Assembly: GCA_040285855.1 (NCBI GenBank)
Contig: JAUFOQ010000016.1
Span: 1,922,001 to 1,986,000 of the forward strand
Reading direction: 5' to 3'
DNA: 64,000 nt
Source of the DNA: Eukaryota sp. GEM-RC1
Taxonomy: Eukaryota
Part shown: in pieces, positions 35,106 to 46,711 of the stretch
Layout of the letters: each line of letters starts with the position of its first letter
Numbering within the stretch: the first letter of the stretch is position 1
The notes under the pieces: model-generated
Seen by the model: only the letters and a program-made list of their open reading frames with translations
Databases searched by the model: none
Told to the model about the DNA's origin: nothing
Made by a program: the position numbers and the translations under genes

Positions 35106-37766
35106 TCAAGCACTCAACTTGGATCTAATGTTCTTATGCAATAAAGTCAAGAAATCAATGTAACTAACAGCGGTGTGGGTGTTTTTACTTTCAATAATAT
35201 GTTCAAAAAACTCATGCTGACTCATATCCTTCAAAAACGTACACACCACAGTCTCAACAAAGAAGTTATATCCAAGTTCATTAGAAATAATCTTTCGAAC
35301 CATCATACCTTCAAACGTATTCCTAGTCAACGTCATCTTATTAGTCTGAGGATCCCTCTCAAACAACACATCCTTCAGTTGTTGGCTTGCTTCATCTCCA
35401 ATAAACACTACAGGGGTTGGGGCGACCACAAGATAGATACCACTTGTTTTAACGTAGTCATTAGACAGTCTTAATGGGGCTGGTTTACTTGAAATTGGGT
35501 GAGACAAGAACTTTTCCAGGCTATTGCTATAGATAGGCTCTAGTTCAGTTACTTCACTTGTCTTGAGATACTCATGTAGAGCAATCATTGTAGGATGTAG
35601 AAGAGCAATCGATTCATTAACATTGTTGGAAAGCAGTGAATACATGAATTGCGATCTCTTATCAGGGGATAGTTTCTCTAAACGTAAGAAAGGGGATTTA
35701 AGCAGAGCCAGGATCAAAACAGGTAGCAAACGAAGCTTCTCTGGTAGGACTAGCTGGGAAGTAGACTGGGTGTTACTAATTTGACGTACATTAGAACGAT
35801 ACGTGGCTAGCAATGCCACAACACGTTTGATTAAATCATCTCTGACGTCACTAATCTTTTTTGATTCAGAAAGGATCGCCTCACACGAACAACGAGCAGT
35901 CAATGCTACTATAGCCTCTACATCAGCCTCCTTATACATCTCAGCTAAGTTATTCTTAATCGGTACAGCCCCATTAATCACTCTAATAAGTCGTTCCCCG
36001 TTACAAGAAGTGGCTAGCAACGCTATTTGGATATGGAAGAAAGGACCAGGAATATCATTAGCCAACGAGTTCATGGGGAATACTACTGCCACGTGGCTGT
36101 CTTCACCACAGACAGGAATAGAGGTCAACTGATTATGACCCTGGAACAAGTGACCTATCACTCTGGGAGTTGGAGCCTTGTCAGAAGATCTAACTCTTAG
36201 AACAGCTTCCCAAGCACGAGGAGAAGAGAGAGACTTCAAAACACCGTGTTTGAGAACGTCAAAGTTGAAGCTGTGCATTGTACCAGCTTGTAACACAGTG
36301 GTAACAGTTCCACCAGTAGATTTAGCAAGGTATCCTAACGAGGACACGTCAACATACTCCTTGGATAAAGCAAATACATCCACAGTGATCTGCCGTCTAC
36401 AACATTGGACAGCAACGTCTCTGACAACGCTATTAGAGATCCTGATGAGTTCGTGAAGGTGGGAGGTACTGTTACCATGTTGATTCTCGTACTTCCGTTC
36501 TCTGTGTTCTAGAGAGAAAGACCCAACGTCAGGTCTACTACTACCAAACAGCATAATCTTACCACCATTATGGCCTATAACGCTAGCTCCAGCAACTACG
36601 GCAGAGCCCAAACAACTGCTTTTAGAAGAGACGTCAGTAGAAGAAGTCTTGTTCATTAATGGAATGTAATCCAAAAGAGAGATGAGAGCGTCCTTGTGTT
36701 TCTCAAAGTTAACCAGCAAACCATCAGCTGAAGGGATAAACATATCTTCAACGTCAGGAAGGATGAATTCTTGAGGAGGGAGAGGATCTCCAGAAGAATT
36801 CTCGGAAAATTTAAAAAATCTCAATCTTGAGTCAAATGCAATGATAGAGAACATTGTTCTTTCATCACCAGAGATCTTATCCAAGTTTTCCTTTATCTCA
36901 TTACAAACAACCTCAACAAATCCAGTCTCAAAAGCTTCAGCAGTGACATCAATGAGGAAGAGATAGGCTGGAGCTTGAGGTGGTCTCAGGGTGTACTCAG
37001 AAGAAGCAGAGAACTCGACAACAGAGTTACCTAGTTCTGGTAGATCAGGATTATTAGACAAACGATGAATGAAGGTCTCATCAGTTTCACATGTTTGTTT
37101 ACAAATGTTACAGACGAATCTTCGCCCACCATCATGGAACTCAAAGTAAGGATTAACATAGGTTCTGCAATGAGTACAACGTAGGGGGGAGGCTTTACCC
37201 AGGTTAATTCTAGGGACAGAGATAGAGGGATTAGATGATTCAGGGAAGGGGGTGATCATACAGCCTGTGGGTAGGGTCCATTTAGAGGCAATAGGGGAAG
37301 TGCCGGGGAAACAACCAGTTGAGTATCGCATGAAGGAAGAAGATGCAGGAGGGACGGATAGGGTGGCAGAAGGTGCGGCCATAGCACTGACTGGAGGACT
37401 GGGAGCAATGGAAGGGGTTGAAGAGACAGAGGGAGGAGTGGGAGCAGGAGCAGTCGAAGGATGAGGTGTAGAATGAACAGGAGGGATGGCAGAGCGAGAG
37501 GTTGGTGGGGGAGGAACTGAAGATCTTGTAGGGGGCGGAGGAACAACTTTACTTGATTTGGTTGATCGTGGTGGAGGTATTGTGACTCCAGAAGACATTT
37601 TAGGAGGAGGGGGCGGTGGTGGGACATTGTGAGAATCTTGTACTTCAGTAGAAGGTTCCTGAGGATGGGAAAGAGAAAGTGAAGATAAAGCCGTCGGCGG
37701 TAGATTCACCTGGCCCATAGTAGCCTGAGTAGCGTGGTGGTATCCACGTTGATGTTTGTCGCTCAT
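35106..37766 (-). CDS. SEC24: COPII coat subunit Sec24
   Basis: Pro-rich N-terminus, RCTHCRTYVNPY zinc finger, EYTLRPPQAPAYLFLIDV, EAVLRVRSS; start at MSDKH because the longer ORF overlaps XPO1 exon 1. Confidence 0.95.
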   Translation of the reverse strand: MSDKHQRGYHHATQATMGQVNLPPTALSSLSLSHPQEPSTEVQDSHNVPPPPPPPKMSSGVTIPPPRSTKSSKVVPPPPTRSSVPPPPTSRSAIPPVHSTPHPSTAPAPTPPSVSSTPSIAPSPPVSAMAAPSATLSVPPASSSFMRYSTGCFPGTSPIASKWTLPTGCMITPFPESSNPSISVPRINLGKASPLRCTHCRTYVNPYFEFHDGGRRFVCNICKQTCETDETFIHRLSNNPDLPELGNSVVEFSASSEYTLRPPQAPAYLFLIDVTAEAFETGFVEVVCNEIKENLDKISGDERTMFSIIAFDSRLRFFKFSENSSGDPLPPQEFILPDVEDMFIPSADGLLVNFEKHKDALISLLDYIPLMNKTSSTDVSSKSSCLGSAVVAGASVIGHNGGKIMLFGSSRPDVGSFSLEHRERKYENQHGNSTSHLHELIRISNSVVRDVAVQCCRRQITVDVFALSKEYVDVSSLGYLAKSTGGTVTTVLQAGTMHSFNFDVLKHGVLKSLSSPRAWEAVLRVRSSDKAPTPRVIGHLFQGHNQLTSIPVCGEDSHVAVVFPMNSLANDIPGPFFHIQIALLATSCNGERLIRVINGAVPIKNNLAEMYKEADVEAIVALTARCSCEAILSESKKISDVRDDLIKRVVALLATYRSNVRQISNTQSTSQLVLPEKLRLLPVLILALLKSPFLRLEKLSPDKRSQFMYSLLSNNVNESIALLHPTMIALHEYLKTSEVTELEPIYSNSLEKFLSHPISSKPAPLRLSNDYVKTSGIYLVVAPTPVVFIGDEASQQLKDVLFERDPQTNKMTLTRNTFEGMMVRKIISNELGYNFFVETVVCTFLKDMSQHEFFEHIIESKNTHTAVSYIDFLTLLHKNIRSKLSA

Positions 37767-37817
37767 AGATGTTTGTTGTGAAAGATTTCCTTTGTAAAAG
37801 CTATTTCCTTGCTCCAA

Positions 37818-40800
37818 ATGTCTCTTGTTGATTTTTTCTCTTCCTCCTGAAGCGTTCATCAAACTCTATGATCAGGCGGTAGCTTCTCTCTACTCTCCTG
37901 AAAGACCTGACCATGTTTGTCTCATCTCTTCCCGGCTCTTCTGACCCTAGCAAGCTCATTCTCAACAACTTCTTATTGAATTTCAATCACACGATCGAGC
38001 CTATGAACGAGTCCCTTTCATTATGGAATCTTCTTCAAAGGAACAGGGCAAATACATTGCTCTCTCTGTGCTCGAAGAACTTGTTAAATTCAAATACAAC
38101 GTTCTGCCCGTAGACAATGCCAACAGCTTAAAACTTTTCCTTCAAAACCTAATAGTAACCATGGCAACCTCTAACTCTCCCAGTGAGCTCCTCCTCAAGA
38201 AAGCTGACAAGGTGCTGGTTGAGATCGCCAAGCATGAATGGCCCGAGAAATGGCCTACGTTTATCTCCGATCTCGTCTCATCTGCTCGATCTTCCCTCGG
38301 TATGGCCAGAAACAACCTAACCATTCTACGTTTGTTAACGGAGGAGGTTACAGAGTTTTCTGACCGGTCAATTCTCATCTCTGCACGTGCTCAAGCTCTA
38401 AAAACTCAACTATCTAGAGAGTTTAGCTCAGTGTTTGATCTTTGCTTGGAGATCGTCATCACTGAAAACGTTCTCCCTGATTTGCTCTCAGTGACTCTAC
38501 TGACTCTTGAAAAGTTCATTCCCTGGATCAATCACACCTACATCTTTCAATCAAATTTGATTGATCACTTGGTGAACAAACAGCTAGTTCATCCCACAAT
38601 CCCACTTTCCATTAAAAAGCTCATTGTGGACTGTTTGGCTGAGATTGGTGAGTTTAAGAAGGTCTCTCCCCATGAATCTTCTCTTTGCATGACCTTTACT
38701 AATTCTATTAATGCTCTAGACTCCTCCGGTACTATGCCTTTAGATGCTCCAATCCCCCAGGCTATCATGCACCCCGGAGAAGCTCGTGATTTTGCTACTT
38801 CTTGTGCCATGATGATTACTGCTTTTCTTAAGCAACATTCCTATGTCCTCGAATCAAATGCTGAATCAAAGAACGCTATTCCTAAAGGTTTGGCTTATTT
38901 ATTAAAGTTTTCAGAGTGCCCTCCTGATTGTGAGCTCTTCAAAGCATGTGTGGAATATTGGTCACGTTTAGCAACTGATCTCTACTCTGACCGTCAACAA
39001 GGAGCTGTTCCCCGCAAAAGAGGAAACCATTTCCGCTCCTACAAACACCGCTATGCTCTCTACGCATCCTCTCTAGACGGAGCGCGTGATTTAATCATGG
39101 ATCGTATGGTTAAACCAGAGGAAGTCATCATTAGACAAGATCCTGACACTGGGGAGTGGATCCGTGAAACTCTTAAAGATACTGAGGAAGTTGTCCTTCA
39201 CAGAACTCAAAAGGATGCTCTCATTTTCATCACCCATCTCAACAATGAAGGAACAAAGGCTTCTATTGAACGAAGACTACGTGCTTTCATGGAAACTGCT
39301 GACCAAGGACTTGACAATCACTCGCTCAACAGGTTATGTTGGGCAGTGGGATCCGTGTCTGGTTCTATGGGTGTTGATATTGAGAAGACTTTTGTTGTGC
39401 TGGTGTTGAAACGATTGCTGGATCTTTGTAACAAATTCAGAACTAAAGATCATCGTGCAGTTGTTGCTAGTAATATCATGTATATTTGCAGTCAGTATCC
39501 ACGATTTTTGAGGAATAGTCCGAAGTTCATGGGAACTGTGTGTAACAAGCTGTTCGAGTTTATGAAGGAGGAACATCCTGGTGTGAAAGAAATGGCAGTT
39601 GAGACTTTTCTAACCATTGCCAAGAAGTGTCGTAAAAAGTGCTCTGAACTAGTTGATAATTATATCAAGAACTTCCACTCTCTCACTGAATGTCTTCCTT
39701 TTGAACTTAAAGTTAAAGTGTACGAGGCTCTGGGTTTAATGATATCTTCGTTTAACAAAGCTGAACAACAACAAACTAGATTGGAAGCTATTCTTGCTCA
39801 AGATAACGCTGTTTGGAGGCAGGTGTTGCAGAGAGGAATGGCATCGGGTGGAAATGATCTGAATTCTTTAGAAGTGGTGACTAGAGTTAATGAAATTGTT
39901 AGAGTTAATACTGCGTTGTGTACTAATTTAGAGAAAGTTTTTGACTGTCAAATGTCGGTGATCTTTAAGGATCTGCTACAGCTTTTCCGCCACTATTCTT
40001 CGGCTCTTGCTCAATGTTACTCTACTCAAGGTGAGACATCGTTGCGTACACATGACGTGAAAGCTGTTCGACTTTTGCAGAAATCTATTTTGACACTGAT
40101 TTCTACGTTTTTTGAGCATTGTCCAAAACAGGATCTGCAACAAACCTATTTCCCAGCCTTACTTCCAGATCTTCTTCCCTCATACAATGCTGCTCCTCCA
40201 AATGTAAGGGACTATGAAGTTTTGGATGTGCTAACTGTGCTCAACAAAAGAGTTGGAGTAGCAGGAAGTCATGACGTGTTTTCAATGGTGTTCCAACCAA
40301 CCATTGGGATGATTTCAGAGAATTTTGAAACATTCCCGGAAATTCGTGTGTCATTTTTCAAATTTGTTTCATCACTTGTTGCCAACAACATTTCCTTTAA
40401 TGACATAATCAAGATGGGCGAAGACTGTCTAGCTTTGGTCATCCAAACTGCTGTTTATGCCTCCAAACATCCTTCTCAAGATGCCTCTGAGACTGGACTT
40501 CTTACTCTAAATACTTTGATTAAGAACTTATCTCATCGTAATGAATATGTCCACTCGTTTTTGTCAAAGTTCTTTATTTACATTTTCCATGAGGTTTTTG
40601 CCATTCTGACTGATACTTTCCATAAGTCTACTTTTGATAAGCAAGTTGACGTTCTTAAATCAATACTGGCACTTCTTGTCAACTCTCCTAGCTCAATGCC
40701 AGTCGGAACTGATCCACCTCAACCTACAGGAATGTCAAATGTTCAATACTTCCAAATGTGGCTTTCTGCTGTAATAACCAAGGGTTACGCGAACCTGAGT

Positions 40801-41007
40801 GGTCCTCAAATAGAATCTTTTGTGAAGTCTCTGGTAGAACTATCTCATGATGTTACAAAGCTAAGGTCCGTCCTAGCTGATTTCTTGGTAATGACTCGTC
40901 AATGGACAGTTGAAGAATTCGAGTATACAGAGGAGATGGTAGAGCAACAGTTACTAAGATCGTCAGTTCCTGGATTAACTGAAGACTTTGGTGGAGATGC
41001 TATGTGA
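37818..41007 (+). CDS. XPO1: Exportin-1/CRM1, two exons, probable extra T at 37832-37837
   Basis: MSLVDFS...LYSPERPDH|QAHSQQLL after correction and splicing; HEWPEKWPTFI, MVKPEEV, LCWAVGSVSG, QYPRFL, KLFEFM. Confidence 0.95.
37915..37950 (+). other. 36-nt intron in XPO1 (length 3n, contains in-frame stops)
   Basis: GTTTGTCTCATCTCTTCCCGGCTCTTCTGACCCTAG. Confidence 0.85.
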
Positions 41008-41465
41008 GTTTTTTATAGTTTTTGTTTCTTTTCATTTTATTTTATAGCCTAAGTGTTTGCACAAACATTCTTTCGTTTTTTGTAAAAGTAAAAAACGCCA
41101 TTACAGTGAGTTTATTTACACTTTATTAACGTCTTTTTTTGGAATAGCAAACATGATGTTTACAGTAAAATCTTTGAAGGAACAAAGAGCCTTTAAATGA
41201 GTATGTTTACAGTTTCCTTCGCACTAGCGTGATCAGTGTGACATATATATTATCATCGCGTTCCGATCAAAACAAGGCAACTGGCCCGCTTCATGGCGAT
41301 TTACATTAAAGCCAAACGTTCAACTGACTATATATTTTGACGACATCTACTAGTAGACCACTTGGACTGGTTATCACGATCCAAGCAAAAACAAATAAGT
41401 TAAAGCACCTAAACCTGTTACTGTATTTCCAGAAATAGTGATTTAATGACATTTTTCTCAACTTC

Positions 41466-42435
41466 ATGCCTCGATCTTCCGTTCCTAAAACTTCAACTGA
41501 GCCCAGGACAAAGAAACCTCGCGTGAAGCGCGAGTGGGTTGAGGAGACCGATAAATGGGAAGGATGGCGTGATATCTATTTTATTGGAACTGAATGGGAA
41601 CATTACGATATGATCTTTAATGTAGACTGGGACTTTAGTAATCTCGAAGAAGCTCTTGTCAATGGACCTCTTAAAGAAGTAGAACGTGTCTATCTTTTTG
41701 GTCAAACTGAACCTCAAATGATTGAGGACGAAATGGTCATGGTTCCTACCATTATTGCTGTCACTTCCAAGTATCCCCCTACAAAGCACATCGTTCTCTC
41801 CTCTGTACAAAGCACTAACAATGAGCTAGTCCCAATGTCTGATCTGAAGATGTCCTGGGGTCCTTACATTGAGTCTGGACAGTTGTTGACCAAGAAACAA
41901 TTATCCAAGATTCGTATCCACACTCTGCAATGTAAACAGCGAACACGTGCCCTAAAGGCTTTATCAAAGGATAAGAAGACTAAGTTTACATATGCTCTCC
42001 CCTTTGTTCAGATTCCAAGAAGAACAAGAGAAGAAGAAACCGTCACGTCATTATTTGTTGCCATTGGAGTACAAAGGACAGAGCTTTGATATTTCTTTTG
42101 ACTGGAAAGAGGATAAGTTGGAGGAGATTGTTGAAGAGACAATGGAGGATAACTTTCCTGATGTTCCGGCTTCTGAGAAACCAGAGATTGTTGAGTTGAT
42201 TAAGACTTCTATTAATACCGCAGTTGAAGAGTCTAAAGCTAATCAGGAGGCTGAAGTTGCTGCTAAAAACAGCATCTGGGACGCTAAGACTGATAAGGAG
42301 AAGGAAGAGTTGACATCAGCAAAGTTTTACAAGTTTTATCCTGTCGGTCCAGTAGATGTTAGAGCATTTGAGACTAAGTTTATTGGGCGTTATTGTCCTG
42401 AAGCAGATTTCTTAGACCCAGAGCCTGTTGTTTAG
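41466..42435 (+). CDS. HEAT INTOLERANT 4 (HIT4)-like protein; one probable indel at about 42057-42067
   Basis: FIGTEW...WDFSNLEEA...VYLFGQTEPQ...SVQ...PMSDLKMSWGPY...FDW...FYKFYP. Confidence 0.8.
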
Positions 42436-42875
42436 GAACGTTGTTATGTGTAAAATCCATTAAAGCATATGTAAGAAATCATTTGGTGTGTATGGCCTTA
42501 CTAATGTCCTTTCTGTTGGTCTTAATAATTATTGTTGTAACATTTGATCAATTAATAAAGAATTGTTTCCATTGGTAACCCCATTTACAACATGATGTTC
42601 AGTGCCTTACCTTTTGATCTTAATCAGAATCTTTGTACTAGGGAAAAGATCTGACAAGTACACAAGTTCTATGATTTAACAACATTAATAAGGGCTGTCC
42701 AAAGATCAACTCAACGACTTTGTGAGGAAGTTTTATTGGAGTGTCAAAGTACATGTAGGTTCAAAATTGCATTTCAAAAAGACGGATCTAGATCTAGATT
42801 CTTCTGTGGAGAAAAACACACAACAAGAAAATCCAACAAAATCCGCCTCCAATAAAATCCTCTGTTGAACCGAAC

Positions 42876-43154
42876 ATGGAACCCATCACTGCAACTTTGA
42901 ATTCAATCGGCAACTTCGATGGAGTAGTCAAGTACACATTCTCTTCTGGAAACTATTATATTGGTGAAGTTGTTGATTCTGTATTTAGTGGTAAGGGAAA
43001 ATTGTATACTGAGACTGGACACTTTGACGGTGTCTTTGATGATGGAAAGATGGTGTCCGGTCTGTTTGTTTTTAAGGATGGCTTGGAATACGCCGAAACT
43101 GATTGGAAGTACCTTTCTTCTGATAACCGGTTTTTTGTTGGAGAACAGTGTTAA
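42876..43154 (+). CDS. MORN-repeat protein 5-like (short or C-terminally frameshifted)
   Basis: MORN repeats followed by FKDGLEY...WKY...NRF. Confidence 0.7.
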   Translation: MEPITATLNSIGNFDGVVKYTFSSGNYYIGEVVDSVFSGKGKLYTETGHFDGVFDDGKMVSGLFVFKDGLEYAETDWKYLSSDNRFFVGEQC

Positions 43155-43286
43155 CCTGTACATCACTCTGGATGATTGTCACTCCAGCATATTTTTCCCA
43201 ACAGTACTGTATCTCAGACAAAAACAATGTGAATGTATTTTTACTATTTAATGTATTATCAAACATTGAGCACACTCCCTTGATCG

Positions 43287-43685
43287 TTAAACATCCCCGA
43301 GAAGCGCTTCATAACACCACTTCCGAAAAACTTGGACAAAAAAACCTATTTGTGAGCCTGATGCTCGAAGGAGTGGTATAAATGATCCAAAAAGAAACAG
43401 TCCACAATACACTTGAACTGACATCCCAATAACAGGGTGTTTAAGTAGCACAAGAAGAACACCTACAAGGAAACCTACAGGATACTTCTTCTTCTTGGCA
43501 TTTTTAAAGAGATTAATGGTGCGTTTGTGGCCCAGTAGTAGAAAAATGGCTGTCAGAAAACAAAGATTGCCCATAACCAACAAGGAGGTTTCAAAAAAAA
43601 GTAGACATCCCAGAACTGTGAAAAGAGTTCCAATGAAGGCCAAAGCAATGCCAATTCGTGTCGTTTGGGATAAAGTACCAATCAT
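43287..43685 (-). CDS. GOT1: Got1/Sft2 vesicle transport protein
   Basis: IGIAL...G.LF..LG.LLFF...LLVMGNLCFL; four hydrophobic segments; last codons may be frameshifted. Confidence 0.85.
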   Translation of the reverse strand: MIGTLSQTTRIGIALAFIGTLFTVLGCLLFFETSLLVMGNLCFLTAIFLLLGHKRTINLFKNAKKKKYPVGFLVGVLLVLLKHPVIGMSVQVYCGLFLFGSFIPLLRASGSQIGFFVQVFRKWCYEALLGDV

Positions 43686-43812
43686 CTTGGAAGTGAGTCA
43701 GGATTTCTTCAAAAATTATTGTTGGTTTCGTTTATCTGCTACAGAACATGTTTATGCAACAAAATAAACACATACTACACTAACACTAACCACAAAATAC
43801 ACTGACCCTAAT

Positions 43813-43920
43813 AAAAAAACGGATTTATGTGCGGAGAAAAACACACAACAAGAAAACATCAATTATATAAACTTTATTAATACAAATTATCAAACGAACT
43901 ACAATTCCGAAAAGAGTAAA
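43813..43920 (-). mobile_element. 108-bp 3' fragment of retrotransposon family A with TSD
   Basis: Flanked by ACCCTAAT (43805-12 and 43921-28); sense 3' end CACATAAATCCG-TTTTTTT. Confidence 0.85.
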
Positions 43921-44102
43921 ACCCTAATAATGTACTGTACAAATTTCTCAGTACATCAAAAATGTTGAAATCTGCAAACACGCTATATTCTATCTGACCA
44001 AGGTCTATACAATTACGGAGAGTTCATGTAAAACGAGAGACAACATTCTGGTACTGAAATTTAGTAAAGAAATGATTGGAAAAAGTTCTTTCAACCCCCA
44101 AA

Positions 44103-44479
44103 ATGACACTAGTAGAACCAATCCCCCTCTATCCCCCAGTTCTCGGCTTCCATAGAGCGTATGTTCACCCGATGTTCTTTATCATAGTGTGAGAACCGCT
44201 CCCCCTCTTTCGGACAGTTCTGATCCAGAGACGGAGAAAATCTCCGCTGAACTCTGTTCCATTCTAAAACGTACGGATTCGTGTACAAATCTGCCCATCA
44301 TTAATGCTACTGATTCTCCGTTCTTCTATGAACGTCATTCTGCCCCAATGCACCGCCCTGAGAATCCTACCGAATTCGCTGAGTCTTTTCAACAGAAGCA
44401 TTCCATTTGCCCTATCCTTTCATTTTCCCCTCCTCTGGAATCTGAGTACCAGTCTGTGCATCCCTCACTGCGTATGTGA
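44103..44479 (+). CDS. Hypothetical protein, two exons
   Basis: ATG 44103 joins ORF 44189-44479 in frame after removal of intron 44159-44187. Confidence 0.6.
44159..44187 (+). other. 29-nt intron
   Basis: GTATGTTCACCCGATGTTCTTTATCATAG. Confidence 0.7.
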
Positions 44480-44642
44480 TTGTTGTCGTTGGTTGCATTG
44501 TATATATTTAGTTTGTTTTCTTGTTGTTATTAATGAGCTGTAAATTCCTTCATTCCTTTCATCGTGTATTGACCACATAGGTGCGTTGCACCTTTCATAG
44601 TAGAGACAGAGTTCTACATGTAATTCATTTGGGCATTTTCCG

Positions 44643-45427
44643 ATGTCAATCTTCACTCCTTCAAATCAAATCAAACTTACCAATGTTGCTGTCGTCCGTC
44701 TCAAAAAAGGTGGGAAACGCTTTGAAATTGCCTGCTATCGCAATAAGGTCTTGAGCTGGCGTTCAGGAGTTGAAACTGATATAGATGAAGTTCTTCAAAC
44801 GGACTCTGTTTTTCTCAATGTCTCTAAAGGTGTTCTTGCTCCTGAAAGAGATTTACAGCGTATTTTTGGTACAGATGACCGTGAAAAAATCTGCAGAATA
44901 GTGTGATCCACTCTTCTTGTTGTTTATTGCAGATCCTTGAAAAGGGAGAACTGCAGGTATCAGATAGAGAGCGCCAGTTGCAACATTCCAACCTCTATAA
45001 TCAGATAGCATCACTGGTGAGTCAACGTGCGGTGTCTTCTGAAACCAAACTTCCTGTCAGTATTAGTACTGTTGAAACTCTCATGAAACAGGTTCATTTC
45101 TCAGTCAAACCTTCTCAATCAGCAAAAAAGCAAGCATTAGAAGTTTTCAGTTTATTTAAACAGGAAAATATCCCTATTGAACGAGCTAGAATGCGAGTTC
45201 GGATTACTATTCCAGAACAAAATTCCAAGCAGTTTAAACAAAAAATACCAGATTTTTGTACCATTGAAGGACAACATTTTGGTGCATTGACGGTTTTTAC
45301 TGTGGTTTTACCTCCAGGTGAGTTGAATACTGTTCAGACTCTTGTCTCTGAGTGTACCAGAGGGAGAGGTTCACTGGAGGTAATTGAAATTGCTGCTGTT
45401 GATATTGAAGATTTGCAGGACGATTGA
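44643..45427 (+). CDS. SBDS: Ribosome maturation factor SBDS/Sdo1, two exons
   Basis: [44 protein letters not shown] after splicing. Confidence 0.97.
44901..44932 (+). other. 32-nt intron in SBDS
   Basis: GTGTGATCCACTCTTCTTGTTGTTTATTGCAG. Confidence 0.92.
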
Positions 45428-46711
45428 TTAAATTCAAAAATTATTAGTTTGTATTAGGTATTTATTTATTGTTTTGCTTGCACTTTTCATAGTAATGGTG
45501 ACGGTAGAAAGTACTGTTTGTCAGCTCGTTGGAACATAAAATCTACTTGTGTTTTATTAGAAAACATTCTGGACTGCCTACATTCGGTTCAACTCGACAG
45601 TGACCTAAAAAATTGCCGATGTAGGGACCTCATAATATTATACCGATTCAGTACCATGAATTGTTTTCTTAATAAACTTCACATTACCCAATATGAGTCA
45701 TAACGTTTGAATCCACATGTTATATTTACTGATATTTTAGATGAACAAAGGCAAATTGATCGGTTGAAAACATTGCATTATCGGAATCTAAATTTCGAAA
45801 CAGTCAGTGCGATTCTGGAAATAGTAATGCTCCCAAATCCCCACCCGGCAAAAATTATTCCCAAATATTTAAATCAATTGATTGAAGAATACAAGCTAAT
45901 ACAAGTAAAAAAACAATTTACTAAAACACAGTAAAACCCTTTCAGGCAATCTAACTAGTAAAACCTGTACAATGAGAATCGTGTGTTTTTGATTTGATCG
46001 GTGATTCTTATCCAATTTTTGAAACAAAGTCAGAAAAACAGTAAACACTGAGATAAGCAAATGCTGTGAACGCTATGGATAAAATTTACACATGAACTAA
46101 TTTGATTGATCCGGAATAGTCCAATTTTCATCAGCGAAACTGGAATTAGTGAAAATATAGAAATGAAAAGCGGATGAGAACAAGTTACGTCTACATGTTT
46201 TCACGTATTGGAACGTTGTAGAATCGGACGCGTATTAATACGTATGATGACGTGTCAAGGTGACGTATTGACAACGGTATTGTGCAACCCTAGTATGTTA
46301 AATCAAAGCCCCGACTTGTATTCGTGGTTTGAGCTTTCATTATAATATTATATTCAAACTCGACAACATGTACTAGTATATCTCCTTAAAAAATGCGCGT
46401 TTTGTTAAGAACAAGATTCAAAAGAAGACGATTTGGAGGTGACAGAAGATGTAGGTGATGAGTTGTAGTTGGCACGTATTTTGCTTCAAGCTGGATGAAA
46501 GAGGGAAGATGAACAGTGTTGAACTACAATTATTAGATGAAACTTTGGTCGAACAAAATACAAATACAAAGATACAGATACAGATTAAAATACAAAAATA
46601 CAACGGCAATGATGTTGTATTATTTGTATTTTTAGTAGTACTGTATGCATAGACAACAATGATGTTAAATGATCGCCGCGAAATACGGAAAAATATTTGT
46701 ATAAATGAAAC

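Noticed and set aside
37767..37862. N-terminal extension of SEC24 in the ORF track
   Set aside because: It is the antisense of XPO1 exon 1 plus the promoter gap
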